A stretch of 64,000 nt of DNA from a virus (lineage: Duplodnaviria > Heunggongvirae > Uroviricota > Caudoviricetes): positions 159,394-223,393 of IMG/VR virus record IMGVR_UViG_3300028584_000450. The stretch is one strand, 5' to 3'. This document shows, piece after piece, positions 35,909 to 45,104 of the stretch. How positions within the stretch are numbered: the stretch's first letter is position 1; every line of letters starts with the position of its first letter. Made by a program: the position numbers and the translations under genes. The notes beneath the pieces are model-generated. The model was given only the letters and a program-made list of their open reading frames with translations. It made no database searches and was not told where the DNA came from.

Positions 35909-36553
35909 ATGATACAATTCGATAAACCTAGAGGATTTGATTGCGATACATGCATGGGTGGTAGAAATCCAGGTGAACCATGGATTGATCTATCATGTCA
36001 AGAATGGAAAACTGCAATAAGAGCAACTGAACCTTGCGATGGAAGATATTACGCCCATCGAGAACAGGTTGAAGTAATGCTCAAATGGAAAGAAGATGCT
36101 CTTAAAAATAAACGTAAATTTAAAATAGGAGATAAAGTCACAGTACTTATACGACAACACAGAAAAATTACTAATATCATGGATGATGTTATGAATTATC
36201 CAATATGTATTGAGATGGAAGATGGAAAGGAAATCACATGTACTAGTGAAGGCAAAATGCTCAATCAGAATACATATAGATCCGTATTCCATGGACATGA
36301 TCTAGAGATTGAAGTTAAAGAAAAATTCCCAATTGAAGAAAATTGGATTGTTAATGGTTTTGTAAAGATGTATGAATCTATTTGTGAAATACCAACAACA
36401 TTTAATTTTACATCTGGAGTTGAAGCTTTACAGTTTATTAAATCATCAAAATTAGAAAAATCAAACATCAGAATTACTTCAGATCCAATTAGAATAGAAA
36501 ATAAACATAATAATATTGGATCAATTAAAAAAACTAACTTCAGGAGTATATAA
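35909..36553 (+). CDS. YYANKEQV/HGHD-family protein 3
   Basis: CDTCMGG...RYYAHREQVEVMLKW...FHGHDLEIEVKEKFP. Confidence 0.6.
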   Translation: MIQFDKPRGFDCDTCMGGRNPGEPWIDLSCQEWKTAIRATEPCDGRYYAHREQVEVMLKWKEDALKNKRKFKIGDKVTVLIRQHRKITNIMDDVMNYPICIEMEDGKEITCTSEGKMLNQNTYRSVFHGHDLEIEVKEKFPIEENWIVNGFVKMYESICEIPTTFNFTSGVEALQFIKSSKLEKSNIRITSDPIRIENKHNNIGSIKKTNFRSI

Positions 36554-36555
36554 AA

Positions 36556-37347
36556 ATGGGTGAAGTTATACTTTGTAAAAATTGTAAATATTGGATTAAA
36601 GGTAAAACCAAATGCATAAGAATATACCATAATTGTCAAATTAAAAAAGATGGTTTTGGACCTAAACCTAAAGTTGATGAATATTGGGAATTTAAAACTG
36701 GACCTGATTTCGGATGTGTTTATGGTCGAGCAATTAAAGACTCACCAACTAAAGAAGTCATTTTTAAAGAATACAATAATAGGGTTTGGTTAAATGAGCT
36801 AGACTCATCTTCAACTGGATCCATTGTAACTTTCGATGGAAAATCACAATGGAGAAATGATCCTCCGGAGACAAGAGAATCATGGGTTGAAATTGGAGAT
36901 TGCCATGATAAGGTTAAGATTCACAGATGTCATAAAGATACCCAGGAAACGTATCTGAAGAAAATAGAAAAAATGCGAAATGCATTAGATGAGTATATTA
37001 TACATCTAAAATCAACAATAATCGAAACCCCAACCCCACCAGAAACACCACCAGAAGCTCTAACCCCAAAAGAAGAGCCAAAAACACGGATACCAGGTAT
37101 TCCAGTACTTGATTCATTGAATGATAATATAAAATATTATATAAACACTATGGATCTTGAGAACCCCAAGAAAATGGACTCAAATATAAAAAGTATTGAA
37201 ACTCTTTTAAAAGTAATGGACTTATATAAAATCGAAGATAATTGTGCAGAACCACCAATAGAACCAACACCACCAATAACTCGAGAAACACACGTAGACC
37301 TGGAAGGACCAGAGCCACCTCCAAATCGAATATTAAGTTATAGATAA
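36556..37347 (+). CDS. hypothetical protein with Cys-rich N-terminus and Pro/Thr-rich C-terminal region
   Basis: CKNCKYW..C..YHNC. TPTPPETPPEALTPKEEP and EPPIEPTPPITRE low-complexity tracts. Confidence 0.55.
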   Translation: MGEVILCKNCKYWIKGKTKCIRIYHNCQIKKDGFGPKPKVDEYWEFKTGPDFGCVYGRAIKDSPTKEVIFKEYNNRVWLNELDSSSTGSIVTFDGKSQWRNDPPETRESWVEIGDCHDKVKIHRCHKDTQETYLKKIEKMRNALDEYIIHLKSTIIETPTPPETPPEALTPKEEPKTRIPGIPVLDSLNDNIKYYINTMDLENPKKMDSNIKSIETLLKVMDLYKIEDNCAEPPIEPTPPITRETHVDLEGPEPPPNRILSYR

Positions 37348-37410
37348 ACTAAATAATAGAAAATTCTCCCAGATTAAGCCTACACTTAGTCTGGGAGTAT
37401 TACAAAATAT

Positions 37411-37420
37411 ATAGAGATAT
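37411..37420 (+). promoter_or_regulatory. ATAGAGATAT promoter-like motif (variant)
   Basis: Variant 10-mer. Confidence 0.35.
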
Positions 37421-37478
37421 TAATAGTAAATAAAGCTTTTGGCTTTAAATTTTTATTTTAATATAATAGGAGATAATC

Positions 37479-37667
37479 ATGAGTACAACACCAAAAGTAG
37501 TATCAGATGGAGCAAATTTGTCTATAGAACTAATGGTATTAGCTGATAAAATGAGAGAAGGAAAGGTAATACCAATGAATATAATACATGAAAATACCGG
37601 ATCTGCAGGCATTATATCAGATAGAAAATTTATGAAATTATCATTTGAATATACCGAAGACATTTAA
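37479..37667 (+). CDS. hypothetical small protein
   Basis: ORF after AGGAGATAATC. Confidence 0.45.
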   Translation: MSTTPKVVSDGANLSIELMVLADKMREGKVIPMNIIHENTGSAGIISDRKFMKLSFEYTEDI

Positions 37668-37682
37668 TAAATAGGAGATATA

Positions 37683-38222
37683 ATGCTAAAACACAATGAT
37701 GATGGGAAAGTATGTACAACTTGCATAGGATATAATAACTGTGACTGTTCGCAATGGGTTATAAATTGTAAAGATGATCTAACTGGTTGTCTAAATGTGA
37801 ATAATTATAAATTTTATGCCAATAAAAAACAAGTTGAAGCCATGCTCGAATGGATCGATAATAAAAAATTTAAAGCCGGTGATAAAATCAGCAGAATATC
37901 AGTCGATGAAGGGTATATAATTCACGAAAGCGATGATCAAAATAGAGAAAATATTGCGGAATTTAAAAATGGCGAACGTGTCTTATTTAACCGAAATGAA
38001 GAAGGCAAACGCACAATCTTCCATGGACATGACCTTAAAATTGCTGTCAATGAAAATATTCCAAATAGACCTCGTTATATTTGGATGGTTGTTTATATGC
38101 ATGCATGCTCCACAGATGACGAATGTAAAGTATGTCATAGTGAAGATGAGGCTATAGATTTTTATAATAAATGTGCAATCCCATTGGCTAAACCAATTAA
38201 AGTCGAAATTATAGAAAATTAA
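37683..38222 (+). CDS. YYANKEQV/HGHD-family protein 4
   Basis: CTTCIGYNNCDCSQW...FYANKKQVEAMLEW...FHGHDLKIAVNENIP. Confidence 0.6.
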   Translation: MLKHNDDGKVCTTCIGYNNCDCSQWVINCKDDLTGCLNVNNYKFYANKKQVEAMLEWIDNKKFKAGDKISRISVDEGYIIHESDDQNRENIAEFKNGERVLFNRNEEGKRTIFHGHDLKIAVNENIPNRPRYIWMVVYMHACSTDDECKVCHSEDEAIDFYNKCAIPLAKPIKVEIIEN

Positions 38223-38235
38223 AGGAGATTTCAAA

Positions 38236-38655
38236 ATGACATGGTATGATATGAGTAGAAATAATGCAGATGTAAAATGTCCAGGATTTAAATCCGGAGA
38301 TAAAATCACCAGAATAACAATAAATGAAGGTCATATAATTAATGGAGATAAAGATACATATAACCACAATAATACTGCAATATTAAATAATGGCGAAACT
38401 ATAACTTTCGCTAAAGATATGAGGAATAATCGCACGGTCTTTCATGGACATGATATTGTAATTAACGTCGGAGAAAAAACTCCAATTAGAACCATACCAT
38501 TATGGGTTGTTATATGCAAGCAACCCAATAAAACCTCAACATATGCTGTTGAGTTTACAAAGGAAGCAAATGCAATAGAATTTTATGATACAAAAGAATT
38601 GCACATTCTATCAAGACCAATTAGAGTAGAAGTTCCAGAATCCTCCAATATATAA
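38236..38655 (+). CDS. YYANKEQV/HGHD-family protein 5 (C-terminal half only)
   Basis: FHGHDIVINVGEKTPIRT...RVEVPE. Lacks the Cys-rich N-terminal module. Confidence 0.55.
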   Translation: MTWYDMSRNNADVKCPGFKSGDKITRITINEGHIINGDKDTYNHNNTAILNNGETITFAKDMRNNRTVFHGHDIVINVGEKTPIRTIPLWVVICKQPNKTSTYAVEFTKEANAIEFYDTKELHILSRPIRVEVPESSNI

Positions 38656-38670
38656 AAAAAGGAGCAGCAT

Positions 38671-38913
38671 ATGGGTGCAGCAAAACGACGAGGAACTAAA
38701 GCCGAAAGACAAGTATTGGCAATAAAAAAAGAAGAAGAAATTCGCACACAAAAATATTTAGAATGGAAGAAGATAGAAGATTCAAAGACTCCTGAACAGA
38801 AATCATTAGAAAAAAAGAATAAACTAAAGAGAGATCAGCTTATGACACAATTATTGGGGTTTGGATTGGGTTTTGGTGGTGTTAGTTTATTAGATAGGAA
38901 TCTTAGAAAATAG
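38671..38913 (+). CDS. small basic protein with C-terminal TM helix
   Basis: Lys/Arg-rich N-terminus. GFGLGFGGVSLL. Confidence 0.45.
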   Translation: MGAAKRRGTKAERQVLAIKKEEEIRTQKYLEWKKIEDSKTPEQKSLEKKNKLKRDQLMTQLLGFGLGFGGVSLLDRNLRK

Positions 38914-38920
38914 GAGAGTT

Positions 38921-39106
38921 ATGATATACTCGATATATCGTGATCGAATGTATGATCAAATAATAAACTTTATATCCGTTATATATAATTGGATTAGCAG
39001 TTTAACTACATTTGACATAATGGTAATTTCAGCAGTCATATTTGGTATCAGTGCAATTTTATCTCTGATCGTTATGTATCATTCAATATATAATTATCTC
39101 AATTAA
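38921..39106 (+). CDS. small membrane protein
   Basis: Hydrophobic 61 aa. Confidence 0.4.
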   Translation: MIYSIYRDRMYDQIINFISVIYNWISSLTTFDIMVISAVIFGISAILSLIVMYHSIYNYLN

Positions 39107-39119
39107 ATGGAGTGGATAA

Positions 39120-39269
39120 ATGAGTTTTTACATAATATTAAATATTATGTTTTCGATCTCACTTGTAATAATTATTGGCGTTTTGGGTTTTATTATATAT
39201 CTTAATAAAATATCTAATGATGAAGTAATAAAACTATATGAGGATGTTTGGAAATGGCTGCTGAAATGA
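39120..39269 (+). CDS. small membrane protein (49 aa)
   Basis: ATG after GGAGTGGATAA. Hydrophobic. TGA overlaps the next ATG. Confidence 0.35.
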   Translation: MSFYIILNIMFSISLVIIIGVLGFIIYLNKISNDEVIKLYEDVWKWLLK

Positions 39270-39652
39270 TGAAAACCATGATAAAAATAAGAGAAGATAT
39301 TTCAGAAAAAGTGCATAATAATTGGGTATCCAGTAAATTAAAAGAAGGATTTCATGCACCTATTGATTGTAAAAGTCATAATGCAAATGCAGCAATACAA
39401 CATGAAATGAAATCGTTAGATTTCTATACGTTTCCGAAACATTTTGAATTCTGCCCAAGATGCAAAGGACATTTATATCCATATTCAGAATTGTCAGATA
39501 ATATGAAAGAAAAAGCCAGAATTGTTGTTGATAATATGCTAAATTCCATATGGGAATTAGTCGAAGAGAAAGAAAATGCCGAAGAGAAAGATGAAGATAG
39601 TATAGTTGGTTTAAAGAGCATATTAAATTTAGTCAAAAAACTAATAAGATAG
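39266..39652 (+). CDS. RyR-domain-like protein with zinc-ribbon insert, family member 1
   Basis: VHNNWVSSKLKEGFHAPIDC...CPRCKGHLYPYSELSDNMKEKARIVV parallels RyR-domain HE.W...GW.YG...LVPY..L.EE.K. ATGA overlap start. Confidence 0.45.
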   Translation: MMKTMIKIREDISEKVHNNWVSSKLKEGFHAPIDCKSHNANAAIQHEMKSLDFYTFPKHFEFCPRCKGHLYPYSELSDNMKEKARIVVDNMLNSIWELVEEKENAEEKDEDSIVGLKSILNLVKKLIR

Positions 39653-39662
39653 GATTGGATTA

Positions 39663-39842
39663 ATGGAAATTACACATGAAAAACTCACGGTTATAAAATT
39701 AAACGAATCTGAATTCACCTGGCTTATAAAATTTCTAGAGAAACCAACAGAAAACGATAGTAAAATGCGAGATGATATGGTTTTCAGTTTAACTGGAAAT
39801 CGATTGACTCCATCATATAACAGTCTAGATAAGAGAGGATAA
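39663..39842 (+). CDS. small protein, paralog of 26633..26809
   Basis: 59 aa. KLNESEFTWLIKFLEKP. Confidence 0.4.
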   Translation: MEITHEKLTVIKLNESEFTWLIKFLEKPTENDSKMRDDMVFSLTGNRLTPSYNSLDKRG

Positions 39843-39849
39843 TAATCAA

Positions 39850-40170
39850 ATGGGTAATATCATAGAAGTTCAACTCGTTTATGATCTGAAAAATGATACA
39901 TTTGAAATAACGGGTAACTCAATTAACCCAAGAGAAATAGTCTCTAAATTTCTACGAACTCAAATAGGAGCTGATAGAACTAAAGAAGATAATGATTTAC
40001 CAATAGATCGAGATAAATATACAATTTTAATATATTTGGATCTAAGTAATGATAAATTTCTAGTTAGCCATGATTGTGGATCTAAAAGTCTACGAGAAGG
40101 TATATTATCCCGATTCATAACATGCAAATCTGCGAAAAGGAATATTACATCGATCTATAATGTACAATAA
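39850..40170 (+). CDS. hypothetical protein
   Basis: 106-aa ORF. Confidence 0.5.
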   Translation: MGNIIEVQLVYDLKNDTFEITGNSINPREIVSKFLRTQIGADRTKEDNDLPIDRDKYTILIYLDLSNDKFLVSHDCGSKSLREGILSRFITCKSAKRNITSIYNVQ

Positions 40171-40186
40171 ATAGGAAAGAAATTAA

Positions 40187-40372
40187 ATGAGCTTGACAAC
40201 AATAACAAATATAATGGGATTTATTGTAATAGGATCATGCATTGTGCTCACTTTATATACAGTAATAGACAATCATATATTCAATAAAAGGAGAGCAAAA
40301 AGACTAAAAAATATAGATCGCTTAATCTCAGCATTAAATCAAATCCCACCCATCAAAATACAAAAAAAATAG
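40187..40372 (+). CDS. small membrane protein
   Basis: TM helix plus basic tail. Confidence 0.4.
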   Translation: MSLTTITNIMGFIVIGSCIVLTLYTVIDNHIFNKRRAKRLKNIDRLISALNQIPPIKIQKK

Positions 40373-40384
40373 GAGATAATCAAA

Positions 40385-40774
40385 TTGGGATGTATATTTC
40401 TAATTATTATAGGAAGCATCATAGGAAGTATCATAGGTATTGCAATAGCAATATTCGGGTCTAACTCAAAGAAATTACCAATAGTACTATTTATACTAGG
40501 CAGCAGTCTTATATTGCCAGTAGATAGCATTGCCAGAGATATGACTTATCAAGAATATCAAGAATATCAAGATTACCAAGATTATAAGGAGAATAGAAGG
40601 GAAGAAAGAAGAGAACGTAGAAGAGATAATGTTCGAATCATTAGAGAATATAGAAGAGTTATTGAAGAACAATATTATATACCGGATGAAGATTATTATT
40701 ACTATGTTCCACCGAAAAGACACTATCCTCGTCGATATTATAGACCAGCAGTTAGAGTTTATTATACTAATTAA
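40385..40774 (+). CDS. membrane protein with Tyr/Arg/Glu-rich low-complexity tail
   Basis: N-terminal TM helices, then YQEYQEYQDYQDY...RREERRERRRD...YYYYVPPKRHYPRRYYRP. Confidence 0.45.
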   Translation: MGCIFLIIIGSIIGSIIGIAIAIFGSNSKKLPIVLFILGSSLILPVDSIARDMTYQEYQEYQDYQDYKENRREERRERRRDNVRIIREYRRVIEEQYYIPDEDYYYYVPPKRHYPRRYYRPAVRVYYTN

Positions 40775-40880
40775 ATGGGAAGAACAAAATAGAAACAACA
40801 ATATACAGTATATGTACAGTAGTTATATTCATGTGTATAATCGTGGTTATTTATGTAATAACAGATAATTAGGAGAAATT

Positions 40881-41159
40881 ATGACACGAGATGAAATAAA
40901 ACTCGAGAAACAGAAGCTCGATTCAGCCGTAGATGAATTTGCAAAAGAAATGAAAGCCCGTCTACATGAAAAAGTCGACGAAGGTTTTAGAGGATGGGAC
41001 TCCCTAGAATTAGATGAACATTCAGTTCCGTTTAATATGCTATATAAAGCAGAAAGCATATTTAATAAATTGTCCAGAAAACAAATTTTACCTAATAAGA
41101 CAATGTTTGATTTGAGCAATTATGCAATGATGATTTGGTATAATATTAAATCTAAATAG
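40881..41159 (+). CDS. hypothetical protein
   Basis: ORF after AGGAGAAATT. Confidence 0.5.
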   Translation: MTRDEIKLEKQKLDSAVDEFAKEMKARLHEKVDEGFRGWDSLELDEHSVPFNMLYKAESIFNKLSRKQILPNKTMFDLSNYAMMIWYNIKSK

Positions 41160-41167
41160 GAATAATT

Positions 41168-41482
41168 ATGGATCTTAATGTTTTAGAAGGAAAAACAATT
41201 CAATTTCTTGAGTTGGACGCAGGACAAATTAAATTCACATTACATGATGGTGATATATTTATGTTATCTAATCATAATAGATCCGATAATAATAGCCTAT
41301 ATATCGACGTATATAATGGATCTGGTGATGTGGCAGATCTTATAGACAGTCCTATTGTTCAATTTGAAAAACTACCAGATACAGAAGATACATACCTTCT
41401 CATAACAGAGAAATCTGGATTTACAATTAAATGGGCTAATCCAGATGTAGTATTTGAAAAATTGATATATTTGAAGAATTAG
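41168..41482 (+). CDS. hypothetical protein
   Basis: ORF after AGGAATAATT. Confidence 0.5.
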   Translation: MDLNVLEGKTIQFLELDAGQIKFTLHDGDIFMLSNHNRSDNNSLYIDVYNGSGDVADLIDSPIVQFEKLPDTEDTYLLITEKSGFTIKWANPDVVFEKLIYLKN

Positions 41483-41509
41483 CTAATCCATAAAATAGGA
41501 TCAAATATA

Positions 41510-41842
41510 ATGGATATTACGAAATTCGACGAAAAGATAATTAAATTAATTAGAAGTCGTGAATCCCTATTAGTAAATTTAGAACTAATTACAAAAAGAA
41601 TTCATGAATTTTGGCTTATTGAAAGAGCAAAAAAAGGGTTTCATCCTCCTACACAATGTCCAAATATGGACGTATCAGAATCACAGAAATCCTTAGAATC
41701 TGGTATGTTTTGTGATAAATGCGATATAAATATGTATCCATATACATATATATCCGAAGAAGTTAAAAATAGACGTAGAGAATCAATAATATCATTTATT
41801 GAGGAACTAAATAAATTTGAAGGGTTAATAGACGATAAATAG
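41510..41842 (+). CDS. RyR-domain-like protein with zinc-ribbon insert, family member 2
   Basis: IHEFWLIERAKKGFHPPTQC...CDKCDINMYPYTYISEEVKNRRRESI. Confidence 0.45.
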   Translation: MDITKFDEKIIKLIRSRESLLVNLELITKRIHEFWLIERAKKGFHPPTQCPNMDVSESQKSLESGMFCDKCDINMYPYTYISEEVKNRRRESIISFIEELNKFEGLIDDK

Positions 41843-41851
41843 GAGGATGAA

Positions 41852-42166
41852 ATGACACAAAGCACGATATCAAAATTAATGAATGAAGAGAAAGCAATCG
41901 AAAATAATATAGATTCAATAGCTGAGAAAATTCACAATTATTGGATTAATATGAAGAAATCAGATGGATCTCATAGTCCAGATGAATGTGATTCTCTCTG
42001 TGCAACTGAAAGACGAGAACTTGGTGGACTTGAGACTCCAGATTTTAATAGATATTGTGATAAATGCAATACAAGCATGTATCCATATAAATACCTGCCT
42101 GAAGAGGCCAAAGATGCAAGTCGAAATGTAGTTTCTGCTTTAGTTAAAGTAATTAATAATAATTAA
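41852..42166 (+). CDS. RyR-domain-like protein with zinc-ribbon insert, family member 3
   Basis: IAEKIHNYWINMKKSDGSHSPDEC...YCDKCNTSMYPYKYLPEEAKDASRNVV. Confidence 0.5.
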   Translation: MTQSTISKLMNEEKAIENNIDSIAEKIHNYWINMKKSDGSHSPDECDSLCATERRELGGLETPDFNRYCDKCNTSMYPYKYLPEEAKDASRNVVSALVKVINNN

Positions 42167-42192
42167 TAATTAATTAAATAGGAGATAATACA

Positions 42193-42522
42193 ATGGAACT
42201 GAAACAAGTAGCTGAACAGAAAATGGAAATCATAATTACCGCCCATAATAAATGGGTACATATCAAATATCTCCAGGGATTCCATTCACCACATGAATGT
42301 ACTTCCAAAAAAGCACAATTAAGTCAAAGCGAATCGATAAGAACTGAAAATTTCTATCAATTTCCGAAATTTATAAAATATTGCGATAAATGCAATACAA
42401 GTATGTATCCATTCTCTGAATTACCAGAACCCGTTAAAGAATATAGACGAGAGATCATATCGTCAATATTAGATGTAATTGTTGAATTGGAAGAGATCGA
42501 AAAAATTGAAGAATTAGTTTAA
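42193..42522 (+). CDS. RyR-domain-like protein with zinc-ribbon insert, family member 4
   Basis: AHNKWVHIKYLQGFHSPHEC...YCDKCNTSMYPFSELPEPVKEYRREII. Confidence 0.5.
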   Translation: MELKQVAEQKMEIIITAHNKWVHIKYLQGFHSPHECTSKKAQLSQSESIRTENFYQFPKFIKYCDKCNTSMYPFSELPEPVKEYRREIISSILDVIVELEEIEKIEELV

Positions 42523-42535
42523 ATAGGAGAAATAA

Positions 42536-43003
42536 ATGACTGTATTTGCAGAAGGACAAAAGGTTGGTTATATTGAAAGAAATGAAACTACTGTAATCGA
42601 TCTGACAATAGTTGAAATTCGTAAACATTGGGTAAGTGCCGAAGATGATGAAGGTGGTAGATATCACATTGAAGCGGATAGTCTCGAATGTCGAGATGGA
42701 ATTGCATTCACATATGATAATGATAAAGAATATGAGGAGAAGAAAGAACGCATAATTAAATTAAACAGTCTAATCATCAATTTAGAATCTAAATACAATA
42801 CAATTTCAATAAAAACATTAGATAATATGCAAAATCTATTGGAAAAGATTTGGGTTAAGGTTCCTAGAACCCCCACTAAAGATGGAATGTGGCATATTAT
42901 ATGTCCAAATTGTAATAATCTGGGAACTGTATATAAGAACCCACATAGTATGGATTTTGTAAAATGTTATAGATGCTATCGCGATCTGTATATATCAGAA
43001 TAA
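42536..43003 (+). CDS. hypothetical protein with C-terminal zinc ribbon
   Basis: CPNCNN...CYRCYRD. Confidence 0.55.
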   Translation: MTVFAEGQKVGYIERNETTVIDLTIVEIRKHWVSAEDDEGGRYHIEADSLECRDGIAFTYDNDKEYEEKKERIIKLNSLIINLESKYNTISIKTLDNMQNLLEKIWVKVPRTPTKDGMWHIICPNCNNLGTVYKNPHSMDFVKCYRCYRDLYISE

Positions 43004-43036
43004 TCAAATAAACACATAAATAGGACATAATATAAA

Positions 43037-43198
43037 ATGGATGCTACAGTAACGGTTTCAGTAGAAGAATATACTAAATTAATCCAAGCAAGAACTAAAC
43101 TTCAATGTCTAGAAAATTGCGGTGTTGACAATTGGAGTGGATATGACGAAGCTATGGAAGATTACTATCGTGAAATTGATGTCGAAGAAGAAAAATAA
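43037..43198 (+). CDS. small acidic protein (53 aa)
   Basis: ATG after AATAGGACATAATATAAA. Ends GAA GAA GAA AAA TAA. Confidence 0.4.
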   Translation: MDATVTVSVEEYTKLIQARTKLQCLENCGVDNWSGYDEAMEDYYREIDVEEEK

Positions 43199-43500
43199 AA
43201 GGAGATAAGAAAATAGATAGAAAATCTTACGACCATAAGCGTAAGACTCTTCGAAATAAGCACAGGAAAGAGCTACTTGATCTTGAAAAAGAATATGTAG
43301 CTCTTTCCGAATTCAAAGTCGGAGATATAATCACAGATGAAAAAACATCTTTAAAGATAGAATTCATTTTATTAGATACGTTCCATGATTATATTTACTT
43401 CGGACAAGCATATACTCGAACTGGTCAAGCTTATAAACGAAAAAAGCAAGTTCATATAATTCAGTTTAAATCAACCCACATATATAAACTAAATAAATAG
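43180..43500 (+). CDS. ORF with no ATG start, -1 frame relative to 43037..43198 (possible frameshift product or non-canonical start)
   Basis: 106 sense codons. AAAAGGAGAT SD at 43197-43206. First codons after the SD are ATA/GAT. Confidence 0.3.
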   Translation, partial: CRRRKIKGDKKIDRKSYDHKRKTLRNKHRKELLDLEKEYVALSEFKVGDIITDEKTSLKIEFILLDTFHDYIYFGQAYTRTGQAYKRKKQVHIIQFKSTHIYKLNK

Positions 43501-43512
43501 GACATAATTTCA

Positions 43513-43818
43513 ATGAATAGTAAAATAAAAGAATATAAAGCAAAAATAGAAGCAGAAAAAGTCAGACATCAGATTTGTAAGAAAGTAATAAACCACGAAT
43601 ATGCAATGGATAATAACATAATTCAAATTTCAGATGAAATAACAGATCATAATCTTCGAATTATTGTAACTCACATAGATCATTATACACCAGTAGGAAA
43701 ATTGCCAGAATGCATATATGTAGGTGAAGTACCCAGTAAAGATGAAGGTCCCCGAATGAGAGGCTATATACTTCAGAGTGATGTTAAAAGTCGAAATGGA
43801 GCTAAATATTATAAATAA
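43513..43818 (+). CDS. hypothetical protein
   Basis: ORF after AATAGGACATAATTTCA. Confidence 0.5.
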   Translation: MNSKIKEYKAKIEAEKVRHQICKKVINHEYAMDNNIIQISDEITDHNLRIIVTHIDHYTPVGKLPECIYVGEVPSKDEGPRMRGYILQSDVKSRNGAKYYK

Positions 43819-44029
43819 AATAAAAATATTAGAAATTATCATTGGTCTTGCATTCGGAATTACAATAGGTACGATTATATTCATACTAATACTCAGTATT
43901 AATGAATGTAAAGATAATATGATAATATTATTGTTAATTGCATTTATATTTGGAAATCTAATATGTATAACATATCGAGTATTTAATAGAGTTATACATA
44001 AAATATATAATTATAAACACAATAAATAG
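43778..44029 (+). CDS. small membrane protein
   Basis: Two TM helices. Overlaps the upstream gene; start uncertain (43778 or 43796). Confidence 0.4.
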   Translation: MMLKVEMELNIINKIKILEIIIGLAFGITIGTIIFILILSINECKDNMIILLLIAFIFGNLICITYRVFNRVIHKIYNYKHNK

Positions 44030-44041
44030 GAGATAAATAAA

Positions 44042-44494
44042 ATGACCAATCCAGCAAGTGGTAAAATGAAATTGCAAGTATGTATTAGTGAAGATAAAGA
44101 ATTTAGAACATTAGTTCGGGATTTAATTACCGGTGGTGTGAAATCAATACTGAAAGAAGAACTTCTCGAAATAACAGCAAATGTAATTAAAGATGTAGCA
44201 AAACCAAGCCAACATACAATACACAATGCTGTAGAAAGATATGCATCGAAAGCATATAAAGAAGCTGTAGCAATTGCCGCTGATAGACTTGTTGAGGAAT
44301 ATAAAGTTAAATTGCAAGAATTTTTTGAATCTCAGAAAGAAGAACTTAATAAGAAGATGTATGAATATGCAACAACTCATCTAAATGATGAATTATTCGA
44401 TATGGCTCTTGGAGAAATATCTAAACGAGTATTGAAAATTCCAATTAGTGTTAATCTGAATGGAGAATATCAAGAAATAAATACAAAACCATAA
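44042..44494 (+). CDS. hypothetical protein
   Basis: ORF after AGGAGATAAATAAA. Confidence 0.55.
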   Translation: MTNPASGKMKLQVCISEDKEFRTLVRDLITGGVKSILKEELLEITANVIKDVAKPSQHTIHNAVERYASKAYKEAVAIAADRLVEEYKVKLQEFFESQKEELNKKMYEYATTHLNDELFDMALGEISKRVLKIPISVNLNGEYQEINTKP

Positions 44495-44513
44495 TAAATA
44501 GGACATAAGCAAA

Positions 44514-45104
44514 ATGCTAAATTGGAATGAAGATAATATGGGTTGTAAATCATGTTGTGGATTCACAAAAAATTTGGAATGTTCAGTTTGGCTAAAAGAG
44601 ATAGGAGTTCAATCTTCTTGTAATCCAAACTTTGGAAAAGTATATTACGCTAACAAAGAACAGGTGGATGCTATGCTTCAATGGATTGAAGAAAAAACTA
44701 AAGCTAAAGTCAAAGAAACCCCCGCACCTAAGTTCCAAGTGGGAGATAAGGTCAGTTATGTAATAACATTGGAAGGTAAAATAACCTCTATTGAAGATGG
44801 TTTTAAATATCCTATAGGGGTTGATTTTTGTGTTGGGAATAGACGTTTCAACTTAAAAGGTGAATGTAGCGAAGGATGTGGTTGTGTATTGCATCAAGGG
44901 CATGATTTAGAAGTTATAGTTAAAGAAAAACCTAAAAAGACTACTCGTGATGTTTGGGTCGTCATATGCTTTGATCCAAAAAAAGGGATTTATAATAGAA
45001 CTTTTGATTCAACAGATGCCAATAAGGAATATTTCCAGTCCTTTTGTGAATCTAATAAACATCAGATTCTATCACAGCCCATTAAGGTGGAGGTTCCAGA
45101 ATGA
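44514..45104 (+). CDS. YYANKEQV/HGHD-family protein 6
   Basis: CKSCCGF..C..W...VYYANKEQVDAMLQW...HQGHDLEVIVKEKPKKT...KVEVPE. Confidence 0.6.
   Translation: MLNWNEDNMGCKSCCGFTKNLECSVWLKEIGVQSSCNPNFGKVYYANKEQVDAMLQWIEEKTKAKVKETPAPKFQVGDKVSYVITLEGKITSIEDGFKYPIGVDFCVGNRRFNLKGECSEGCGCVLHQGHDLEVIVKEKPKKTTRDVWVVICFDPKKGIYNRTFDSTDANKEYFQSFCESNKHQILSQPIKVEVPE

Noticed and set aside
40629-40868. 79-aa + strand ORF overlapping 40385..40774 in another frame
   Set aside because: Overlaps a better-supported gene (SD, TM helices). No independent start signal.
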